Assembly (NCBI GenBank): GCA_963828255.1
Contig: CAWHDZ010000040.1
Location: 32,001-96,000, forward strand
Source: an uncultured delta proteobacterium
Lineage (GTDB): Bacteria > Myxococcota > Myxococcia > Myxococcales > Anaeromyxobacteraceae
DNA: 64,000 nt
Reading direction: 5' to 3'
The stretch's first letter is position 1; every line of letters starts with the position of its first letter. The notes beneath the pieces were generated by a model. That model was not told the origin of the DNA. It saw nothing but the letters and a program-made list of their open reading frames with translations, and searched no databases. Of the stretch, positions 20,103 to 29,932 are shown piece by piece. The translations under genes were made by a program, and so were the position numbers.

Positions 20103-21323
20103 ATGGGCACCTTTCGCGACCGTACCGTGATCCTCGGAGTGGGCGGCGGCATCGCCGCCTACAAGTCCTGCGAGGTGGTCCGCCTCCTCGTGAAGGGCGG
20201 CGCGGACGTCCGCGTGGTCATGACGCCCAACTCCACCCGCTTCGTCGGCCCGCTCACCTTCCAGGCGCTGTCCGGCCACCCGGTGCTGGTGGACCTGCTC
20301 GACCCCGCCTCCGAGGCGTCCTACGGACACCTGGAGCTGGCCCGGCGCGCCGACCTCCTCCTCGTGGCGCCCGCCACGGCAGATCTCATCGGGCGGCTGC
20401 GCGCCGGGATGGGCGACGACGCCGTCACCACGACGGCGCTCGCCTGCACCTGCCCGGTCCTGCTCGCCCCGGCCATGAACACCCGGATGTGGGAAGGGTC
20501 GGCGGTACAGGAGAACCTCGCCGCCCTGCGCGCCCGGGGCTTCCACGTGGTGGGCCCTTCGAGCGGCGAACTCGCCGACGGGGACGTGGGGGAGGGACGG
20601 CTCGCCGACCCGCCCGAGATCGCCGCCGCCGCCGCGCGCATCCTCGGGCCGCGAGACCTCGAAGGTCGGCGCGTCCTCGTCACCGCCGGTCCCACCCGGG
20701 AACCTCTCGACCCGGTGCGCCACATCTCCAACCCGTCCACCGGGAGGATGGGCTTCGAGGTGGCCCGGGCAGCCGCACGCCGGGGCGCACAGGTGATCCT
20801 CGTGTCCGGTCCCACCTCGCTGCGCGACCCCGACGGCGTCCGCGTCGTCCGGGTCGGAACGGCCGAGGAGATGGCGGCCGCCGTCCTGGGTGCGGCCGAG
20901 GAGCAGGACCTCTTCGTCGCCGCCGCGGCGGTCTCCGACTACCGCCCCCGGGACCCGTCCCCGTCGAAGAGGAAGAAGGCCGACGGCGGGGAGACGCTGG
21001 TGCTCGAGCGGACCCGCGACATCCTGGCCACGCTGGGGGAGCGGCTGGCAGGCCGGGCGCGCTCGCCCGTGCTGGTGGGGTTCGCCGCCGAGACCGAGGA
21101 CGTGGTCCAGAACGCCCGGGAGAAGCTGCGCCGGAAGCGCTGCGACCTGGTGGTGGCGAACGACGTCGGCGAGCCGGGCGCCGGGTTCGGTGGGGAACGC
21201 AACCGGGTCTCCATCGTCGGTCCGTCCCAGGTCGAGGAGGTGGAGGGCACGAAGGGCGCCGTCGCCGACGCCATCCTCGACCGCGTGGTCCCGCTCCTCG
21301 ACGCGCGCCGTCCTCGGCCATGA
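20103..21323 (+). CDS. coaBC: Bifunctional phosphopantothenoylcysteine decarboxylase/ligase
   Basis: [59 protein letters not shown]. Confidence 0.95.
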   Translation: MGTFRDRTVILGVGGGIAAYKSCEVVRLLVKGGADVRVVMTPNSTRFVGPLTFQALSGHPVLVDLLDPASEASYGHLELARRADLLLVAPATADLIGRLRAGMGDDAVTTTALACTCPVLLAPAMNTRMWEGSAVQENLAALRARGFHVVGPSSGELADGDVGEGRLADPPEIAAAAARILGPRDLEGRRVLVTAGPTREPLDPVRHISNPSTGRMGFEVARAAARRGAQVILVSGPTSLRDPDGVRVVRVGTAEEMAAAVLGAAEEQDLFVAAAAVSDYRPRDPSPSKRKKADGGETLVLERTRDILATLGERLAGRARSPVLVGFAAETEDVVQNAREKLRRKRCDLVVANDVGEPGAGFGGERNRVSIVGPSQVEEVEGTKGAVADAILDRVVPLLDARRPRP

Positions 21324-22084
21324 GCGGCGACTCCAAGATCCCCGCGGAGGCGGCCGCGCTGGCCACCGAGGCGGTGCGCCACCTCTGGTGGCTGCGCGAC
21401 GCCGGGGTCCGCGAGGTCCCGCTCGCCGGCTCGCCTCGCCTGGCCGGGGCGGTGGTCGTCGAGGCGGCGAAGGCGGCGCCGTCGCCCCCCACACTCTCCG
21501 AGAAGGGCTGCGGCAGCGAGTCGCTCCTCGCCATCCGCGCCGGCCTGGGCGACTGCACGCGGTGCAGGCTGCACGGCGGGCGGACCCGGCTGGTCTTCGG
21601 CGTCGGCAATCCGTCCGCCCAGCTCATGTTCGTCGGCGAGGGGCCGGGCGCGGACGAGGACCTCCAGGGGGAGCCCTTCGTGGGGCGGGCCGGACAGCTG
21701 CTCACGAAGATGATCGAGGCCATGGGCTTCGCCCGGTCCGAGGTCTACATCGCCAACGTGGTGAAGTGCCGCCCGCCCGGGAACCGCGACCCGGAGCCGG
21801 ACGAGATCGCCGCCTGCGAGCCCTTCCTCAAGGCCCAGATCGCGGCCGTCCGACCGCGCGTCGTCGTGGCGCTGGGTCGCTTCGCCGTCCAGACGCTGCT
21901 GCGGGACGCCACGCCCATCGGCAAGCAGCGCGGCCGCTGGCGAGAGTACGAGGGGGTTCGACTCATGCCCACGTTCCACCCCGCCTACCTGCTGCGCAAC
22001 CCGGCCGAGAAGAAGCCGGCCTGGGAGGATCTCCAGCTCGTCATGAGGGAGTTCGGCAAGGCGGCGCCGGGGAGGGAATCGTGA
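21320..22084 (+). CDS. Family-4 uracil-DNA glycosylase (4Fe-4S)
   Basis: [42 protein letters not shown]. Confidence 0.93.
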   Translation: MSGDSKIPAEAAALATEAVRHLWWLRDAGVREVPLAGSPRLAGAVVVEAAKAAPSPPTLSEKGCGSESLLAIRAGLGDCTRCRLHGGRTRLVFGVGNPSAQLMFVGEGPGADEDLQGEPFVGRAGQLLTKMIEAMGFARSEVYIANVVKCRPPGNRDPEPDEIAACEPFLKAQIAAVRPRVVVALGRFAVQTLLRDATPIGKQRGRWREYEGVRLMPTFHPAYLLRNPAEKKPAWEDLQLVMREFGKAAPGRES

Positions 22085-23451
22085 CCGGCCCGGGGCGCGC
22101 CCCGCGGATGGCGCTCGCCGCGGTCCTGGCCGCGGCGGCGGTCCTCTCCCTGCGGACCGGCGAGGCCGCCGAGCCCGCGCGCCCCCGCGTCCTCCTGCTC
22201 GACGTGAAGGCCCCCATCACCACCGGCACCGCCGAGTACGTCGAGGCCGGGCTGGCCCGCGCCAAGCTGGAGGGCTACGCCGCAGTGGCCATCGTGCTCG
22301 ACACGCCGGGAGGACACCTCGAGGCCACCCGCGACATCGTCCAGCGCATGCTGGCGAGCGACATCCCGACCATCGTCTGGGTCGGGCCGGCCGGCGCCCG
22401 GGCCGGGTCGGCCGGGGTCTTCATCACGCTGGCGGCCGACGTGGCCGCCATGCACCCCACCTCGGTCATCGGCGCCGCCCACCCGGTCCTGGGAGGGGGC
22501 GAGGACGTCGAGAAGCAGGCCGGAAAGGAGATGGCGCGCAAGATCGAGAACGACACCGCCGCGCTGGCGCGGAGCATCGCCACCACCCGCGGCCGCAACG
22601 CCGACTGGGCCGAGAAGGCGGTGCGGGAGAGCGTCTCGGCCACCGCCGAGGAGGCGCTCTCGCTCCGGGTCGTGGACGTCGTCGCCCCCGACATGGCCGC
22701 CGCGCTGGCCTTCGCCGAGGGGAGGAGCTACGCGCGCGCCGGAACCGCCCACGTCCTCCGCGCCCGCGACGCCCAGCTGGACCGCGGCGAGATGACCGTC
22801 CGGCAGCGGACGCTGGCCTTCCTCTCCGATCCCAACGTCATCGCCATCCTCATGATGCTGGGCTCGCTGGGGATCGCGCTCGAGTTCTACCACCCGGGGG
22901 GCATCGTCCCGGGCGCGCTGGGAGCCTTCTTCCTGCTGCTCGCCTTCCTCTCCATGAAGATCATCCCGGTCAACGTGGGCGCGGTCCTGCTCATCGTGGC
23001 CGGCGTCGCGCTGCTGGTGGTGGAAGGCTACGTGACCACCCACGGGATCGCCGGCATCGCCGGAGCCGCGCTGCTCGGGATCGGGACCCTCTTCTTCATC
23101 GACCGGAGCTCCGCGGAGTACCGGTTCGACCCCGCGCTCCTCACCCTTTCACCCTGGGTGATCTGGCCGACGCCGCTGGCGCTCGCCGCCGTCCTGGGAT
23201 TCATGGGCTGGAAGGTGGCCCGGACCCGCACCGAGAGGCTCCGGCTGGGCGCTCCCGGCATGATCGGCGAGGTCGGCGAGGCCGTGAGCGACGTCGGCCC
23301 CGGCGCCGGGGAGGCCTTCGTCCACGGCGAGCTGTGGGCGGCGCGGTCCACCCATCCCATCGCCCGGGGAACGGCCGTCCGGGTCCGCGACGTGCAGGGC
23401 CTGGTGCTCCACGTCGAGGCTGCTCCCGGCCGCCACGGTGTATTACCCTGA
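22081..23451 (+). CDS. nfeD: NfeD membrane-bound serine protease
   Basis: LDTPGG, AGSAG, IGAAHPV, GRN motifs, TM region and C-terminal OB domain (VHGELWAA); adjacent to slipin. Confidence 0.9.
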   Translation: MTGPGRAPRMALAAVLAAAAVLSLRTGEAAEPARPRVLLLDVKAPITTGTAEYVEAGLARAKLEGYAAVAIVLDTPGGHLEATRDIVQRMLASDIPTIVWVGPAGARAGSAGVFITLAADVAAMHPTSVIGAAHPVLGGGEDVEKQAGKEMARKIENDTAALARSIATTRGRNADWAEKAVRESVSATAEEALSLRVVDVVAPDMAAALAFAEGRSYARAGTAHVLRARDAQLDRGEMTVRQRTLAFLSDPNVIAILMMLGSLGIALEFYHPGGIVPGALGAFFLLLAFLSMKIIPVNVGAVLLIVAGVALLVVEGYVTTHGIAGIAGAALLGIGTLFFIDRSSAEYRFDPALLTLSPWVIWPTPLALAAVLGFMGWKVARTRTERLRLGAPGMIGEVGEAVSDVGPGAGEAFVHGELWAARSTHPIARGTAVRVRDVQGLVLHVEAAPGRHGVLP

Positions 23452-23487
23452 GTGAAGTCCGGGCCCCGCCCGGAGAGGAGATCGCGC

Positions 23488-24240
23488 ATGCCCGCCCTTG
23501 GATTGCTCATCCCCATCGCGCTCGTGGCCGGCTGGCTGGCCATGGGCCTGCGCATCATCAACGAGTACGAGCAGGGGGTGGTGCTGCGGCTCGGCCGCTT
23601 CGTGGGGGTCCGCACCGCCGGCCTCAAGTGGATCATCCCCTTCATCGACCGCATGATCATCATCGACATGCGGGTCACCGCCGAGCAGGTGCCGCCCCAG
23701 GACGTCATCACCCGCGACAACGTCTCGGTGAAGGTGAACGCGGTGATCTACTTCCGCGTGGTCGAGGCCTCGAGGGCCTTCCTCCAGGTCACCGACTTCC
23801 TCTTCGCCACCAGCCAGTTCGCCCAGACCACGCTGCGCTCGGTGCTGGGCCAGGTGGAACTCGACGAGCTGCTCTCGCAGCGCGACAAGATCAACCGCCA
23901 GCTCCAGGAGATCATCGACCGCCACACCGAGCCCTGGGGCGTGAAGGTCAGCGCCGTCGAGGTGAAGCAGATCGACCTGCCCGAGGAGATGCGCCGCTCC
24001 ATGGCCGGCCAGGCCGAGGCGGAGCGCGAGCGGCGCGCCAAGGTCATCAACGCCGAGGGCGAGCTCCAGGCGGCCACCAAGCTCGGGGAGGCGGCCGACA
24101 TCATCTCCCGCTCCCCGGGGGCGCTGCAGCTCCGCTACCTCCAGACACTCGTGGAGATCTCCTCCGACAAGGGGACGAACGTGGTCTTCCCGCTCCCGCT
24201 CGACCTCATCCGGCCCTTCCTGGAGTCGAAGCAGAAGTAG
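23488..24240 (+). CDS. SPFH/stomatin (slipin) protein
   Basis: [51 protein letters not shown]. Confidence 0.93.
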   Translation: MPALGLLIPIALVAGWLAMGLRIINEYEQGVVLRLGRFVGVRTAGLKWIIPFIDRMIIIDMRVTAEQVPPQDVITRDNVSVKVNAVIYFRVVEASRAFLQVTDFLFATSQFAQTTLRSVLGQVELDELLSQRDKINRQLQEIIDRHTEPWGVKVSAVEVKQIDLPEEMRRSMAGQAEAERERRAKVINAEGELQAATKLGEAADIISRSPGALQLRYLQTLVEISSDKGTNVVFPLPLDLIRPFLESKQK

Positions 24241-24284
24241 CCATCGGCGAAATAGGGGGCGAGGACGGGCGTAGGAGGAGCACC

Positions 24285-24980
24285 ATGCCCCGCCCGTCCC
24301 TCGTCGCCATCCTCGTCGCCGCCGCAGCCCTCCCCGTGCTGGCCCTCGCCGGGCCGGTCGCCACCCCGGTCCCGGTGAGCGGGACCTTCGACCGGGTCGC
24401 CTCCCGGGGAGACTTCGACGTCGAGGTCCGGGAGGGAAGCCCGGCGTCGGTCGAGATCGTCTCGGAGCCCGGGTGGGCGGAGCGGATCCAGGTCGATGTC
24501 TCCGGGGCCGAGCTGCGCCTCTCGCGTCGGAAGACCTTCGACTCGGCCGAGGGCGTGGTCGTGAAGGTGGTGATCCCCAGGTTCCGCGCCCTCTCGGTGA
24601 GCGGAAGCGGGAAGGGAACGGCCGAGTCGGGGGGCTCGCCCCGGGAGGTGGCGCTCGCGGTGAGCGGTTCGGGGGAGCTGGCCTGGAAGGGCGCTGGCGC
24701 GGCCCTCGACGTCCAGGTGTCAGGCTCCGGAGAGGTGACGCTCGCCGGCGGTGCGGAGAGCCTGAAGGTGGCGCTCTCCGGATCTGGAGAGGTCGATGCG
24801 AAGGACTGCGCGGTGAAGGACGCCACGGTCGCCATCGCCGGATCGGGCGACGTCGATCTCCGCCTGGCCGGGGGAACGCTGGACGCCCAGATCGCCGGCT
24901 CGGGCGACGTGACGTGGACGGGCGAGGGGAAGCTCGGCGCGGTGTCGATCGCCGGATCCGGGAAGGTCCGGAAGCGCTAG
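24285..24980 (+). CDS. Secreted DUF2807/GIN-domain beta-helical repeat protein
   Basis: Signal peptide and repeated (V/I)SGSG/(I)AGSG motifs. Confidence 0.85.
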   Translation: MPRPSLVAILVAAAALPVLALAGPVATPVPVSGTFDRVASRGDFDVEVREGSPASVEIVSEPGWAERIQVDVSGAELRLSRRKTFDSAEGVVVKVVIPRFRALSVSGSGKGTAESGGSPREVALAVSGSGELAWKGAGAALDVQVSGSGEVTLAGGAESLKVALSGSGEVDAKDCAVKDATVAIAGSGDVDLRLAGGTLDAQIAGSGDVTWTGEGKLGAVSIAGSGKVRKR

Positions 24981-25888
24981 GTCAGCCCGGTCCGGATCGT
25001 CCCCGCGGGGTCGGACCAGGCCCTGGCCATGGCCGGGGTGTTGAATGCGAATCCAGGCTCCCCGGAGGGTCCCACCACGATGACGCCGCCCAGCCCGCCG
25101 ACGCGCTCGCCCAGGATCCGGATGCCCTCGGATGCGGCGGCCGGGGCGCTGCGCCCCGCGCCCACCAGGTCGGCGACGAGCCGGGCCAGGGTGACCCGGA
25201 TGATGGGCTCGCCGTGCCCGGTGGCGGAGACGGCGGCGAGCAGGTCGTCGGCGTAGGTCCCGGCGCCGATGATGGGCGAGTCGCCCACGCGGCCGGGGCG
25301 CTTCAGGAAGGTGCCGCCGGTGGAGGTCGCCGCGGCGACGTGCCCGGCCCTGTCGCGGGCCACCGCCCCGATGGTGCCGCCGCCCACGTGGATGGGCGTC
25401 ACGCCCCGTGCGGCGTCGAAGCGGGCGCGCTGCTGGGGGATGACGAGCCGCTCGTTCGGCCAGGCCGGGATTCCCATCTCGCGGGCGAACCCCGACGCGC
25501 CCTCTCCCATGAGCAGCAGGTGGCCCGAGCGCTCCAGGACCGCGCGTGCGAGGAGGATGGGGTTCTTCACGTCCTTCACGCAGGCCACCGCGCCGGCGGA
25601 CAGGGTGGGGCCGTACATGAGCGAAGCATCCAGCTCGACGTCGCCCGAGGCGGTGAGCGTGGCCCCGGTCCCGGCGTTGAAGGTGGGGTCGTCCTCGAGG
25701 AGGGAGGCCGCGAGCACCACCGCGTCGAGCGCGCTCCCGCCGCCGCGGAGGACCTCCCAGGCGGCAGCAGCGGCCCGCCCAACGCCCTCCTGGCGAGGCG
25801 CCTCCGGGCCCAGGCCCGAGGTCCCCGAGTCGTCGAGGGCGCCGGCGCCGCCGTGGACGGCGATGGCAGGAAGGGAAGGCGTGCCCAT
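24977..25888 (-). CDS. iaaA: Isoaspartyl peptidase / plant-type L-asparaginase (Ntn hydrolase)
   Basis: [50 protein letters not shown]. Confidence 0.92.
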   Translation of the reverse strand: MGTPSLPAIAVHGGAGALDDSGTSGLGPEAPRQEGVGRAAAAAWEVLRGGGSALDAVVLAASLLEDDPTFNAGTGATLTASGDVELDASLMYGPTLSAGAVACVKDVKNPILLARAVLERSGHLLLMGEGASGFAREMGIPAWPNERLVIPQQRARFDAARGVTPIHVGGGTIGAVARDRAGHVAAATSTGGTFLKRPGRVGDSPIIGAGTYADDLLAAVSATGHGEPIIRVTLARLVADLVGAGRSAPAAASEGIRILGERVGGLGGVIVVGPSGEPGFAFNTPAMARAWSDPAGTIRTGLT

Positions 25889-26008
25889 GGCCGCCGGAGC
25901 CTAACCCGACCGGGCAGGCGCGCAAGGCGCTTCTCGCCTTGACGGGTCCGCCCACCCGTTCCAATGTCTCGGACGCCCCGGTCAGGGGCCACATCCAGAG
26001 GGGAACAC

Positions 26009-27193
26009 ATGTCCGGACGCGAAGTGGTCATCGCAGGCGCGGCGCGCACACCCATCGGCTCGTTCCTCGGAAGCCTGGCGGCCGTCCCGGCCCCGCGGCT
26101 GGGCGCCGTCGCCATCCGCGCGGCCCTGCTGCGCGCCGGCGTGGATCCGGCGGCGGTGGACGAGGTGGTGATGGGGAACGTCCTGCAGGCCGGCGTGGGG
26201 CAGGCGCCGGCCCGGCAGGCGGCCCGCTTCGCCGGCATCCCCGACGGGACCCCGGCCTGGACGCTCAACAAGGTCTGCGGCTCCGGCCTGAAGTCGGTCA
26301 TCAGCGCGGCGCAGGCCATCGCGCTCGGCGATGCCGACGTGATGGTGGCGGGCGGCATGGAGTCGATGTCCAACGTGCCCTACTACGACACCAAGCAGCG
26401 CACCGGCTCCCGCATGGGCAACGTGACGCTCGTGGACGGCCTGGTCTTCGACGGCCTCACCGACGCCTACGACGGCGTCCACATGGGCATCTGCGCCGAG
26501 GCCACCGCCGAGAAGTTCGCCATCGGCCGGGCCGCGCAGGACGCCTTCGCCGTCGAGTCCACCCGGCGCGCCATCGAGGCCCAGAAGGGCGGCCGATTCT
26601 CGAAGGAGATCGCCCCGGTCGAGATCGAGGGCAAGAAGGGGGAGAAGACCGTCGTCGCCGAGGACGACGGGCCGAAGAACGCCCGCCCCGACAAGATCGG
26701 CACGCTGAAGCCGGTCTTCAAGAAGGACGGCACGGTCACCGCCGCCAACGCCTCGTCGATCAACGACGGCGCGGCCGCGGTGGTGCTGATGAGCGCCGAG
26801 CGGGCGAAGAGGGAGGGCCGTCCCGTCCTGGCCCGCCTGGTCGCCTGGGGAGGCGCCGCCCGCGCCCCGGTCGAGTTCACCATCGCCCCGGCCGATGCCA
26901 TCCAGAAGACCTTGAAGAGGGCCGGGCTCACCACGAAGGACATCGACCTCTGGGAGCTCAACGAGGCCTTCGCGGTGGTCTCGCTCGCCAACATGCAGCT
27001 TCTCTCCCTCGAGGGGAGCAACGTGGACGTGAACGGCGGCGCGGTCTGCCTGGGCCATCCCATCGGGGCGTCGGGCGCCCGCATCCTGGTGACCCTGCTC
27101 CACGCCATGGAGGAGCGGAAGGCGCGGCGCGGCCTGGCCAGCCTCTGCATCGGCGGCGGCGAGGCGGTGGCGCTGGTGGTGGAGCGCCCATGA
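26009..27193 (+). CDS. Acetyl-CoA C-acetyltransferase (thiolase)
   Basis: [31 protein letters not shown]. Confidence 0.96.
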   Translation: MSGREVVIAGAARTPIGSFLGSLAAVPAPRLGAVAIRAALLRAGVDPAAVDEVVMGNVLQAGVGQAPARQAARFAGIPDGTPAWTLNKVCGSGLKSVISAAQAIALGDADVMVAGGMESMSNVPYYDTKQRTGSRMGNVTLVDGLVFDGLTDAYDGVHMGICAEATAEKFAIGRAAQDAFAVESTRRAIEAQKGGRFSKEIAPVEIEGKKGEKTVVAEDDGPKNARPDKIGTLKPVFKKDGTVTAANASSINDGAAAVVLMSAERAKREGRPVLARLVAWGGAARAPVEFTIAPADAIQKTLKRAGLTTKDIDLWELNEAFAVVSLANMQLLSLEGSNVDVNGGAVCLGHPIGASGARILVTLLHAMEERKARRGLASLCIGGGEAVALVVERP

Positions 27194-27891
27194 ACAAGGT
27201 GGTCCAGAGCGCCGACGCGGCGGTGGCCGACGTCCCCGACGGCGCGACGTTGCTGGTCGGCGGGTTCGGCCTGTGCGGCAACCCCGAGAACCTCATCACC
27301 GCCCTGCACCGCAAGGGGGTGAAGGATCTGACCATCGTCTCCAACAACTGCGGCACCACCGAGGAGGGGCTGGGCGTCCTCCTCCAGTCCCGCCAGATCA
27401 AGAAGATGGTGTCGTCCTACGTGGGGGAGAACAAGGTCTTCGAGAAGCAGTACCTGTCCGGCGAGCTGGAGGTCGAGCTCGTCCCCCAGGGCACGCTGGC
27501 CGAGCGCATCCGCGCGGGCGGCGCCGGCATCGCCGGCTTCTACACCGCCACCGGCGTGGGCACGGTGGTGGCCGACGGCAAGGAGCTGCGCCGCTTCGGC
27601 GACCGCGACTACCTGCTCGAGCTGCCCATCCGCGCGGACTTCGCGCTGGTGCACGCCTGGAAGGCCGACACCTGGGGAAACCTGATCTTCCGGAAGACCG
27701 CGGCCAACTTCAACCCGATGATGTGCGCGGCGGCCAGGGTGTGCATCGTCGAGGCAGAGCACGTCGTCGAGGTCGGCCAGCTCGACCCCGGCCAGATCCA
27801 CGTCCCCTCCATCTACGTGAAGCGCATCGTGCAGGCCGTGGGCTTGAAGAAGCCCATCGAGCGGCGCACGGTCCGTCCCCGGGCGAGCTGA
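27190..27891 (+). CDS. scoA: 3-oxoacid CoA-transferase subunit A
   Basis: [34 protein letters not shown]. Confidence 0.92.
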   Translation: MNKVVQSADAAVADVPDGATLLVGGFGLCGNPENLITALHRKGVKDLTIVSNNCGTTEEGLGVLLQSRQIKKMVSSYVGENKVFEKQYLSGELEVELVPQGTLAERIRAGGAGIAGFYTATGVGTVVADGKELRRFGDRDYLLELPIRADFALVHAWKADTWGNLIFRKTAANFNPMMCAAARVCIVEAEHVVEVGQLDPGQIHVPSIYVKRIVQAVGLKKPIERRTVRPRAS

Positions 27892-27893
27892 CC

Positions 27894-28550
27894 ATGGCAC
27901 TCTCGAGAGAGCAGATCGCGAAGCGGGTGGCCCTGGAGCTGCGCGACGGCTTCTACGTGAACCTGGGCATCGGCATGCCCACGCTGGTCTCCAACTTCGT
28001 GCCGCCGGGAGTCGAGGTGGTGCTGCAGAGCGAGAACGGCATGCTGGGCATCGGCCCGTACCCGTTCGAGGGGCAGGAGGATCCCGACCTCATCAACGCC
28101 GGCAAGGAGACGGTGAGCGAGATCCCCGGCACCGCCTACTTCTCCTCGGTCGAGTCCTTCGCGATGATCCGCGGCGGGCACGTGGACCTGGCCATCCTGG
28201 GCGCGTTCGAGGTCTCCGAGAAGGGGGACCTGGCCAACTGGCTCGTGCCCGGCAAGATGGTGAAGGGCATGGGCGGCGGCATGGACCTGGTCGCCGGCGC
28301 CCGCCGCGTCATCGTGATGATGGAGCACGCCAGCAAGGACGGGAAGCCCAAGGTCCTGCGGCAGTGCTCGCTGCCCATCACCGGACGCGGCTGCGTCTCG
28401 GCGGTGTGCACCGACCTGGCCTGGATCGAGATCGGGCCCGGCGGCCTCCTGCTCCGCGAGCTCGCGCCGGGCGTCACCGTCGAGCAGGTGCAGGCCCTCA
28501 CCGAACCCCGCCTCCAGATTTCACCCGACGTGAAGACGATGCGGGTCTGA
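27894..28550 (+). CDS. scoB: 3-oxoacid CoA-transferase subunit B
   Basis: NLGIGMP, SENG (catalytic Glu), [14 protein letters not shown]. Confidence 0.92.
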   Translation: MALSREQIAKRVALELRDGFYVNLGIGMPTLVSNFVPPGVEVVLQSENGMLGIGPYPFEGQEDPDLINAGKETVSEIPGTAYFSSVESFAMIRGGHVDLAILGAFEVSEKGDLANWLVPGKMVKGMGGGMDLVAGARRVIVMMEHASKDGKPKVLRQCSLPITGRGCVSAVCTDLAWIEIGPGGLLLRELAPGVTVEQVQALTEPRLQISPDVKTMRV

Positions 28551-28562
28551 CCGGAGCGGACG

Positions 28563-29348
28563 ATGCCCAGGAGGCCGGTCGTCACCTTCCTCTCCGACTT
28601 CGGGGCCGGGTCGGGCTACCCGGCCCAGATGAAGGGGGAGGTGCTGCGCCTCCTCCCCGACGCCACGCTGGTGGATCTCTCCCACGAGGTCCCTCCCTTC
28701 GACGTCCTGGCCGGGGCGCTCCTCCTCGAGGCCTGCGTGCCGCGGTTCCCCGAGGGGTCGGTGCACGTGGCGGTGGTGGACCCGGGCGTGGGGACCTCCC
28801 GCCGTCCCCTCTGCGTGGTGGACGGGGCGGGGCGACGCCTGGTGGGACCGGACAACGGGCTCCTCACGCCGTTCCTCGGGGCGGGCTCGGCCGCCTTCCT
28901 GCTCTCCGACCCGGAGCTCGTCCCCCGGGATCCGAGCCCGACCTTCCACGGCCGCGATCTCTTCGCGCCGGTGGCGGCGTGGCTGGCGGGGGGCGGGGAC
29001 CCGGCGCGGCTCGGGCCGCGGGTCGCCGATCCGAGGAGGATGGACGGGCTCCGGGCCGCGCCTGGGCCCGGCGGGCTCGAGGGGACGTGCCTCGCCGCCG
29101 ACCCGTTCGGGAACCTGGTCACGAGCGTCCGCCGCTCCGACCTGGGCGCGGCGTCGGTCGCCGGCGTGACGGTGGCCGGACGCCCCGCCCGGCTCGTCGC
29201 GACGTTCGGGGAGGGTGATCCCGGCGAGCTCCTCGCGCTCTGGGGGAGCGGGGGCAGGCTCGAGATCGCCCTGCGCGAGGGGAGCGCGGCGAAGGACCTC
29301 GCGAGCTGGCGGGGCGCCCCGGTGCGGGTCGCGACCCTGCCGTCCTAG
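28563..29348 (+). CDS. SAM hydrolase / chlorinase-fluorinase family (DUF62)
   Basis: SDFG, VVDPGVGTSRR, GPDNGL, TFHGRDLFAP, DPFGNL. Confidence 0.9.
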   Translation: MPRRPVVTFLSDFGAGSGYPAQMKGEVLRLLPDATLVDLSHEVPPFDVLAGALLLEACVPRFPEGSVHVAVVDPGVGTSRRPLCVVDGAGRRLVGPDNGLLTPFLGAGSAAFLLSDPELVPRDPSPTFHGRDLFAPVAAWLAGGGDPARLGPRVADPRRMDGLRAAPGPGGLEGTCLAADPFGNLVTSVRRSDLGAASVAGVTVAGRPARLVATFGEGDPGELLALWGSGGRLEIALREGSAAKDLASWRGAPVRVATLPS

Positions 29349-29932
29349 TCGATGAGCCCCTGGTCCTTGGCCATCCTGGCCAGACGGACCTTGAGCCGCT
29401 CGAAGCGCTTCATCAGCGCGGCCGTCTCGACCTTCTCCCCGCCCCCGGAGGCGAGCACCTCGGAGATCTCCACCCAGGAGAGCTTCTGGTCCACCCGCAG
29501 CGCGAGGAGCGAAACGTCCTCGACGTCGAGGGACTCGCGCAGGGTGTCGAGCACCTGCCGCTGTCGCTCCACCTTGACGTGGGACCGGGTGCGGATCTCC
29601 TCGGCCAGCGCCGATGCCTCCCCGGTGAAGAAGCGCCGCGCGCGCCTCCGCCAGGCCTCGTTGCGCAGGTTGATGGCGGCGTTGTAGGCCAGGCGGAAGC
29701 TCCAGGCCTTGAGCGAGCCCTCGCCGCGCCAGGTGGCGAGCCCTCGCCAGACGTTCTCCGCGAAGATCGAGAAGGCGTCGCTGGCGTCGTCCTCGTTGCG
29801 CAGCATGGAGCGGAGGTAGCGCAGGACCGGCGGGCCGAACTCCTGGATGGCCGCGGTGGCCGCCCCGGGCCGGTCGCCGGACGCGATGAGCGCCCCGATG
29901 CGCGCCTCGATGTCCGTCCCGGGTCCGGTCAC
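29345..29932 (-). CDS. ECF sigma factor (kinase-associated type)
   Basis: Region 2 (VLRYLRSML..DDASD...WRGEGSLKAWSFRLAYN) and region 4 (LLALRVDQKLSWVEISEVL...LMKRFER); GTGA overlap with the upstream kinase. Confidence 0.82.
   Translation of the reverse strand: MTGPGTDIEARIGALIASGDRPGAATAAIQEFGPPVLRYLRSMLRNEDDASDAFSIFAENVWRGLATWRGEGSLKAWSFRLAYNAAINLRNEAWRRRARRFFTGEASALAEEIRTRSHVKVERQRQVLDTLRESLDVEDVSLLALRVDQKLSWVEISEVLASGGGEKVETAALMKRFERLKVRLARMAKDQGLID

Noticed and set aside
28563..29348. True halogenase (fluorinase/chlorinase) pathway
   Set aside because: Motifs fit the widespread DUF62 SAM-hydrolase type, and there is no halometabolite biosynthetic context.
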